Part shown: positions 56,502 to 64,000 of the stretch, piece by piece
Position numbering within the stretch: position 1 is the first letter of the stretch
How the letters are laid out: each line of letters begins with the position of its first letter
NCBI GenBank assembly: GCA_964561875.1
Contig: CAZLQL010000002.1
Span: 23,613 to 87,612, forward strand
Length of the DNA: 64,000 nucleotides
Origin: an uncultured Candidatus Saccharibacteria bacterium
GTDB lineage: Bacteria; Patescibacteriota; Minisyncoccia; Phycocordibacterales; PALSA-1337
Reading direction: 5' to 3'
Notes under the pieces: generated by a model
Databases searched by the model: none
The model's input: the letters and a program-made list of their open reading frames with translations, nothing else
Told to the model about the DNA's origin: nothing
Program-made: the position numbers and the translations under genes

Positions 56502-57887
56502 CTATTGAAATTTATGCCAGTTTATTAAAAGTCTACCGAACATATTTAACCAATTTTTACATATTTCCATCCTATTTTCATTTGGATCTTTTGTAATGTC
56601 AGACATAAAGTTATCAATATCAGGATTGTTTACACTTTTTGATAGTTCTTCCATATCTTTTCTCCATGCTTCTGCTATTTGTGTATTTGTATTTGATAGG
56701 TGTAATGAATAATTGCTGATTGATTTAAGTATCTTATAACAGTAGTCTTGCATTAATAATTCAAACAATTTAGTAGGCCGATCTGTAATATCGATAAGTT
56801 TTCTACCTATTTCATTGATATTAGCTATTGGGTCAATATTATCTATTCTCATATTTGAAATTATATATGAGATAACCCTATCCATTTTTGTTAGTTCATA
56901 TACACTATTATTACCAACAGGTCTAGAACCTCTAGGTCTTTCATGACCGATAATTATAGGTGAGAAATAAGATACTTTATCTACAAAAGCTTTCCATCTC
57001 AATGTTCCATATACTAGTTCATGACCTCTACCATTAGACATAAATGGTGGTGTGGTATTTCTATTATCTATACCCATAACGGTACATATACACATAATCC
57101 CTTGATATATAGTCTCTGACATTGTCGACCAGACGATTCTTCGAGTATTTTTTATATTTTTATACTCATCTGACGTTATGTTTCCTATTTTATTAAATAC
57201 TTGGGGTAATAACATCAATGGAGTATTTGATTCCATAGGTGAGTCACCGTATATACCCATAAATGTATCTAAAATAGTGTTATTACAAATATAATCCGGA
57301 AAAGTTTTTTCATACAATATGTCTGACACTTTTTTACCTAGTGCTTTTTCATGTATCGATAAAATATCAATTTCAATTGGTTTAAATAAATCTGGAACTT
57401 TTTGGTCTTTATTCAAAAACCATGTTTCAAAGGGATTTTCTATTGTAAAACTAGGTTCAGAATCATCTGGTTTAAGTAGGTTAAAAATGACATCATAATC
57501 TATGGAAATTATAAGCTCACCTTTAGTATTTGCTAATAAATAGTTCTGACTAGATCCTACAGTGTATGCAGAATTTTTATCTCCACAAAATGCATATATA
57601 CAAACGTCTTCTGGTATATTTTTTTCTTTTGAGATTTTTATGGCATATTTTTTTCTGTCTTCTCTATCGATAAACTCAATCTTTCCTTTATATTTATCAA
57701 TAAAACCGCTTGTTATCTCTCTATTTTTATCGGTATATTTCTGTTCACTGCAGTCATCTATAACCATTATTCTTGGGGTTCTGTTGTATTTATTTAGATT
57801 GCTCAATAATCCATTTAAGGCTGATTTAACTGTCTCATTATCATTATAAGCAGGTATACAGACTGTAGTAATTTTTTGATTTTCCAT
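56502..57887 (-). CDS. family 2 glycosyltransferase with a large C-terminal domain
   Basis: VCIPAYNDNETV...RIMVIDDCSEQ GT-A N-terminal motif. Confidence 0.6.
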   Translation of the reverse strand: MENQKITTVCIPAYNDNETVKSALNGLLSNLNKYNRTPRIMVIDDCSEQKYTDKNREITSGFIDKYKGKIEFIDREDRKKYAIKISKEKNIPEDVCIYAFCGDKNSAYTVGSSQNYLLANTKGELIISIDYDVIFNLLKPDDSEPSFTIENPFETWFLNKDQKVPDLFKPIEIDILSIHEKALGKKVSDILYEKTFPDYICNNTILDTFMGIYGDSPMESNTPLMLLPQVFNKIGNITSDEYKNIKNTRRIVWSTMSETIYQGIMCICTVMGIDNRNTTPPFMSNGRGHELVYGTLRWKAFVDKVSYFSPIIIGHERPRGSRPVGNNSVYELTKMDRVISYIISNMRIDNIDPIANINEIGRKLIDITDRPTKLFELLMQDYCYKILKSISNYSLHLSNTNTQIAEAWRKDMEELSKSVNNPDIDNFMSDITKDPNENRMEICKNWLNMFGRLLINWHKFQ

Positions 57888-57957
57888 TTCTATATTATAT
57901 CTATATTTATTCGATTATAAAGATGCTCTTTATCTATTTATCTGTTAAAATATACAT

Positions 57958-58422
57958 ATGAAAATATCTTTTAAACATGGTTTTACTTTGATAGAGCTTA
58001 TGGTGGTTATGGCTATTATTGCGATACTTACAGCAGTAGTACTTTCAAATATTGGTCAGTCGAAGATGAAAGCACGTGACGGCAAAAGGGTGTCAGATCT
58101 AGCTCAGATACAGCTTGCTTTGGAATTGTATTTTGATAGATGTAATGCATACCCTGGAAGTTTGGATTTAACAAATTCAAATACTACATGTGCAACAAAT
58201 TCAAATATTAAATTGGGTAATTATATAACTGCAATTCCTACAGATCCTATAACAAAGGTTATGTATGATTATTCTGGATCAGGCAATCCTGTGGTTGACT
58301 ATGTTCTGAGATCAAAACTGGAGACAAGTAATCAGTCACTTAGTGACGATGTTGATGGTACACAACTCACTCTAGATTGTTCTGATTCACCAAATTATTA
58401 CTATTGTGTAAAGCCAAAGTAA
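57958..58422 (+). CDS. type IV pilin-like protein
   Basis: HGFTLIELMVVMAIIAIL prepilin N-terminus. Confidence 0.7.
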   Translation: MKISFKHGFTLIELMVVMAIIAILTAVVLSNIGQSKMKARDGKRVSDLAQIQLALELYFDRCNAYPGSLDLTNSNTTCATNSNIKLGNYITAIPTDPITKVMYDYSGSGNPVVDYVLRSKLETSNQSLSDDVDGTQLTLDCSDSPNYYYCVKPK

Positions 58423-59216
58423 TGAATGTTTTATTTTTAGTATTTTCTTTTATACTTGGTACTCTTATTGGAAGTTTTTTAAATGTTGTATCGTTGAGGT
58501 TTAATACGGGTATGACTCTAGGTGGAAGGTCAAAGTGTTTTTCTTGTGGCAAAACACTTACTTGGAGCGAACTTATACCTGTATTTAGTTTCTTATTTCA
58601 GAGAGGTTCATGTAAAAAGTGTAAATCCAAGATTTCTTGGCAATATCCTATAGTAGAGACAATATCAGGAATAATATTTGTTTTGATTTTTATATATTTT
58701 CCTCCAATCGGTGTGTATGAAAGTATAAATACTATATTTTATTTGCTTATAACTTGTATACTTCTTGTTATAACTGTTTATGATATAAAACATAAGATCA
58801 TACCTGATTCTTTATCTTATAGTTTTGCAATTATTGCTTTTATCCATATGTTTATATCAAAAGATCTAACATTTACGATGCCACCAATATACGATATCTT
58901 AGCAGGACCTATTATTGCTTCACCCTTCGTATTTTTATGGGTTATTTCTAAAGGTAAATGGCTTGGACTCGGTGATGCAAAACTTGTTTTAGGTATAGGT
59001 TTTACATTGGGACTTTTTGCTTCTATATCTAGTCTAATATTATCGTTCTGGATAGGAGCCTTCATTGGTGTTGCGTGGATGCTTTTTGTGGTTAAGAGGT
59101 ATAAGAAAGGTTATGAGGTACCATTTGGACCTTATCTTATTCTTGGAATGTACATCGTTCTTTTTACAAACATTACAATTATCGATATTCCGTCATTAAT
59201 TTCTTTAATTAAATAA
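58404..59216 (+). CDS. pilD: prepilin peptidase (A24 family)
   Basis: N-terminal CxxC...CxxC zinc ribbon plus polytopic A24 core with Asp motifs. Confidence 0.85.
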   Translation: MCKAKVMNVLFLVFSFILGTLIGSFLNVVSLRFNTGMTLGGRSKCFSCGKTLTWSELIPVFSFLFQRGSCKKCKSKISWQYPIVETISGIIFVLIFIYFPPIGVYESINTIFYLLITCILLVITVYDIKHKIIPDSLSYSFAIIAFIHMFISKDLTFTMPPIYDILAGPIIASPFVFLWVISKGKWLGLGDAKLVLGIGFTLGLFASISSLILSFWIGAFIGVAWMLFVVKRYKKGYEVPFGPYLILGMYIVLFTNITIIDIPSLISLIK

Positions 59217-59217
59217 A

Positions 59218-59838
59218 ATGCAATTAATTAATAAAAATAAAATAACATCATATAAAAAAGGTTTTACTCTGGTTGAACTTGTTATATCTATAGGAATATT
59301 TGCTCTTATGACTAGTGTTTTGCTTGCAAAATACGGTAACTTCAATCAAGGTGTGATACTTACAAATCTTGCTTATGATGTAGCTTTGGCAATAAGAACT
59401 TCACAATCTTACGGTATAAATGTTAAAAGTGCACCAACGGCAAGTGCTAGTTATTCAAATAGTTTTCAATATGGATACGGTATGCATTTTAGTACATTAA
59501 ATGATACGGAGAAAAAAAGAATGACCTTTTTTGTTGATAATTTGCCAGTTGATAAGGTATACAATGATAGTCCTGCGCCTGGAGAAATTATCACAGAATA
59601 TTCAGTTAAAAGGGGGCTTAAAATAAACAAATTGTGTGTAGGTGCAGATCTGGCTAGTTGTGTTGCTGTAACATCTATGGATGTTATGTTTCTACGTCCT
59701 GATCCAAATGCTATAATTACTGCAAATGGTAATGGGGGTACAACATATTCTTATGCTTATATAGAGATATTGTCACCAGATGGTAGTAGTAAAAAGATTG
59801 AAATAAGAAAAACAGGTCAAATAGAAATATCAGATTAA
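59218..59838 (+). CDS. minor pilin / pseudopilin
   Basis: KGFTLVELVISIGIFALM prepilin signal. Confidence 0.65.
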   Translation: MQLINKNKITSYKKGFTLVELVISIGIFALMTSVLLAKYGNFNQGVILTNLAYDVALAIRTSQSYGINVKSAPTASASYSNSFQYGYGMHFSTLNDTEKKRMTFFVDNLPVDKVYNDSPAPGEIITEYSVKRGLKINKLCVGADLASCVAVTSMDVMFLRPDPNAIITANGNGGTTYSYAYIEILSPDGSSKKIEIRKTGQIEISD

Positions 59839-59839
59839 A

Positions 59840-60481
59840 ATGTTTTTATTTTTAAATAAAAAAAGTACTTTCAAAAAAGGTTTTACTCTAATAGAGATAA
59901 TAGTTTCTCTAGCTATATTTAGTATTGTTTCAGTTGTGGCAGTCGGGGCACTTCTAAAGATAATTGATGCAAATAAAAAATCCCAATCACTTAAAACGGC
60001 AATAAATAACGTCAGTTTTGCTTTGGAATCAATGTCACGAGAATTAAGAGTTGGGACAAATTATTATTGTACAAAGACTAATTTTAGTTTAGCTAGCGGT
60101 GCATCTTTACCATCAAGATTGGGTTGTTCTGCTGATGTACAGGATTGGATAATTGCATTTTACTCATCAAATACAGTATCGAATGGTTCTGGAGGAAGTT
60201 GCCATCTTGTATATGCTTATCGTTTTGCAAACGGTACCATCGAAAAAGCTGAACAAACAGCATGTTCGGATTCACTCTCAAACTCATCATTTCGTCCAGT
60301 TATATCTAAAGATGTTAAGTTTTCAAAAGCTAGTTTGGCAGTAAATGTTTCAGCATCAGGTTCGTTTGTAGAGAAACAGTCGTATGCACTGATTCATTTG
60401 GTAGGTTATGTTGGAGGAAAAGAAAATGTTCAGACACATTTCGATGTTCAGACTAGCATATCTCAAAGACTTACAGATTAA
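59840..60481 (+). CDS. minor pilin / pseudopilin
   Basis: KKGFTLIEIIVSLAIFSIV. Confidence 0.65.
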   Translation: MFLFLNKKSTFKKGFTLIEIIVSLAIFSIVSVVAVGALLKIIDANKKSQSLKTAINNVSFALESMSRELRVGTNYYCTKTNFSLASGASLPSRLGCSADVQDWIIAFYSSNTVSNGSGGSCHLVYAYRFANGTIEKAEQTACSDSLSNSSFRPVISKDVKFSKASLAVNVSASGSFVEKQSYALIHLVGYVGGKENVQTHFDVQTSISQRLTD

Positions 60482-60482
60482 A

Positions 60483-61091
60483 ATGAAAAAAATAAATTTT
60501 AAAAATAGGATATTTGGTTTGTGTTGCTCAAGCAGTAATTCTGGTTTTACAATTGTAGAAACACTTGTTGCAATAACTATACTTATGATAGCTATTGCAG
60601 GTCCACTTACAATTGCTCAGAAGGGTTTATTGGCATCAAGTTATGCGAGAGATCAAATGATTGCATCTTTCCTAGCTCAGGATGGACTAGAGTATGCAAA
60701 AAATGTTAGGGATAATAATCTTAGAAATAGAGATGTTATAGACTGGTTATATGGACTATCTTCATGTACTTCTCACGATCCTTGCAGTATCAATACACTT
60801 GATGGTGATCCCACATCTGATGCAAACGTTCTAGGAGTGGATATTTGTCCATCAGGTTACGATACGAGTTCAAATTATGAATGTCCTCTATATAAAAGTA
60901 GTACAGACAATATAGGTTATACTCCTGATTCATCAAATATAGATAAAACTCAGTTTAATAGAGTATTTTATATCATACCTGATCAATTAAATTCAAATAA
61001 AGCTAGTATGGTAGTAAAAGTTTTTTGGTATAACGGTACTGTGGCAAATGAAGTTACGTATCAAGATGAAATTTATAATATAAGATTATGA
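60483..61091 (+). CDS. minor pilin / pseudopilin
   Basis: SGFTIVETLVAITILMIAI. The start at 60483 avoids overlap with the previous gene. Confidence 0.6.
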   Translation: MKKINFKNRIFGLCCSSSNSGFTIVETLVAITILMIAIAGPLTIAQKGLLASSYARDQMIASFLAQDGLEYAKNVRDNNLRNRDVIDWLYGLSSCTSHDPCSINTLDGDPTSDANVLGVDICPSGYDTSSNYECPLYKSSTDNIGYTPDSSNIDKTQFNRVFYIIPDQLNSNKASMVVKVFWYNGTVANEVTYQDEIYNIRL

Positions 61092-61591
61092 TAAATAAAA
61101 AACGATTAAATATTATATACAGTAGGGGGTATACACTTTTGTTTGCTGTGCTAGTTTCTTCTCTTGTTTTAGTTGTTGGTGTTTCTATACTTACAATAAG
61201 TAAAAAAGAATATCAATTATCAGCTTCTGCCAGAGATTCAACACTTGCTATATATGCAGCAGATGGTGCTCTGGAATGTTTTGCTTATGCAGATCAAGAT
61301 ACAAACCCTGGTGAGTTTCATTCTGATATGGCTTGTGGTGAAGATAGGGGCACAGTGTCTATTTCAAGTACAGATCCGTTACTACACACCCTTTCATTTA
61401 AAGCAAAAATGGGTAAAGGAGCAGATGATAACTCATGTGCCGATCTTTATGTAGAAAAGAGATATGCAAACAATAGATGGTCAACCGTAATACAATCTAG
61501 GGGTTATAGTACTGGTTGGGATAGTAATAATCAGGATTGTGGAAAGACTAGTGCAAAGAAAGTAGAGAGGGCAATTAGACTTTCTTACTAA
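61088..61591 (+). CDS. pilin-like protein (PilX-like minor pilin)
   Basis: RGYTLLFAVLVSSLVLVVGVSIL N-terminal helix. Confidence 0.5.
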   Translation: MINKKRLNIIYSRGYTLLFAVLVSSLVLVVGVSILTISKKEYQLSASARDSTLAIYAADGALECFAYADQDTNPGEFHSDMACGEDRGTVSISSTDPLLHTLSFKAKMGKGADDNSCADLYVEKRYANNRWSTVIQSRGYSTGWDSNNQDCGKTSAKKVERAIRLSY

Positions 61592-63634
<2,043 letters not shown>

Positions 63635-63642
63635 GTCAATTT

Positions 63643-63960
63643 TTGTTAGACTTCATTTATAAAATTATGATAACAAAAGCTGAAATAGAGAAATTGGCTG
63701 ATTTGGCTAGAATAAAGGTCACAGAAGATGAAAAAGAATCATTAGCAAATGATATAGGTGCTATTCTCTCGTACGTAGATGAAATCAAGAAAATAAATAT
63801 GGACATCGATGCAAAATCAAATATCGGTGCAGTTTCAAATGTTTCGAGAGAAGATACTGTTATATCATCATCTGAAGAAATGGTGGAAGATATAATAAAA
63901 GAATCTCCAGATAGAGAAGGTGATTTTATAGCTGTTAAAAAGATAATATCTCAAGACTAA
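63643..63960 (+). CDS. gatC: Asp-tRNA(Asn)/Glu-tRNA(Gln) amidotransferase subunit C
   Basis: MITKAEIEKLADLARIKVTEDE is GatC-like; ~100 aa. Confidence 0.8.
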   Translation: MLDFIYKIMITKAEIEKLADLARIKVTEDEKESLANDIGAILSYVDEIKKINMDIDAKSNIGAVSNVSREDTVISSSEEMVEDIIKESPDREGDFIAVKKIISQD

Positions 63961-64000
63961 TATGATAGATATAAAAAATTTAACAATTAAAAGTGCGCAT

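Overview
This is a low-GC window (roughly one-third GC). It carries a near-complete S10-spc ribosomal-protein cluster and a type IV pilus/competence locus, with three GC-rich insertions and an edge-truncated CRISPR-like array; about 90 features follow.

Native genes, in order:
- fusA, then tuf.
- rpsJ-rplC-rplD-rplW-rplB-rpsS-rplV-rpsC-rplP-rpmC-rpsQ-rplN-rplX-rplE-rpsN-rpsH-rplF-rplR-rpsE-rplO-secY-adk-map, with no rpmD (L30) between rpsE and rplO.
- ndk directly after map, where infA, rpmJ, rpsM, rpsK, rpsD, rpoA and rplQ would normally sit.
- infC-rpmI-rplT, a PLD/cardiolipin-synthase-like gene, smpB with an adjacent tmRNA (ssrA), ftsH, recG, tRNA-Ile(UAU) and tRNA-Ser(GCU).
- A type IV pilus and competence locus (comFC, pilMNO, pilB, response regulator, pilT, pilC, pilA, a GT2 glycosyltransferase, pilD and four or five minor pilins), then ligA and gatC.

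The missing L30, the type IV pili and the small compact genes fit a Candidate Phyla Radiation (CPR)/Patescibacteria-like genome; this is inference.

Several regions look acquired:
1. A CRISPR-like repeat-spacer array lies at the window start (38-bp degenerate repeats, 33-bp spacers, with an internal ~213-bp segmental duplication). It is truncated by the window edge and no cas genes are visible.
2. Two secreted-protein genes sit between fusA and tuf.
3. A GC-richer lipoprotein gene is inserted antisense between rplE and rpsN inside the spc operon.
4. A 2.4-kb GC-rich islet sits at the 3' end of a 1202-aa surface-protein gene and is bounded by an exact 22-bp direct repeat. It carries an IMPase-family gene, a degenerate HAD-like gene and a TrmB-like regulator.
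5. A GC-rich island abuts the 3' end of ssrA. It carries a GHKL-ATPase gene, a Panacea (DUF4065) antitoxin-domain gene and a RelE/ParE-like small protein. This is a candidate undescribed defence/toxin-antitoxin module.
6. A structured GC-rich element of about 160-230 nt starts exactly at the 3' end of tRNA-Ser. A second copy lies 2 kb away; both copies end in tRNA-Ser-3'-end-like sequence and bracket a HAD-SDR-small-protein cassette.

Two short hairpin/terminator motif families recur next to the GC-rich cassettes.
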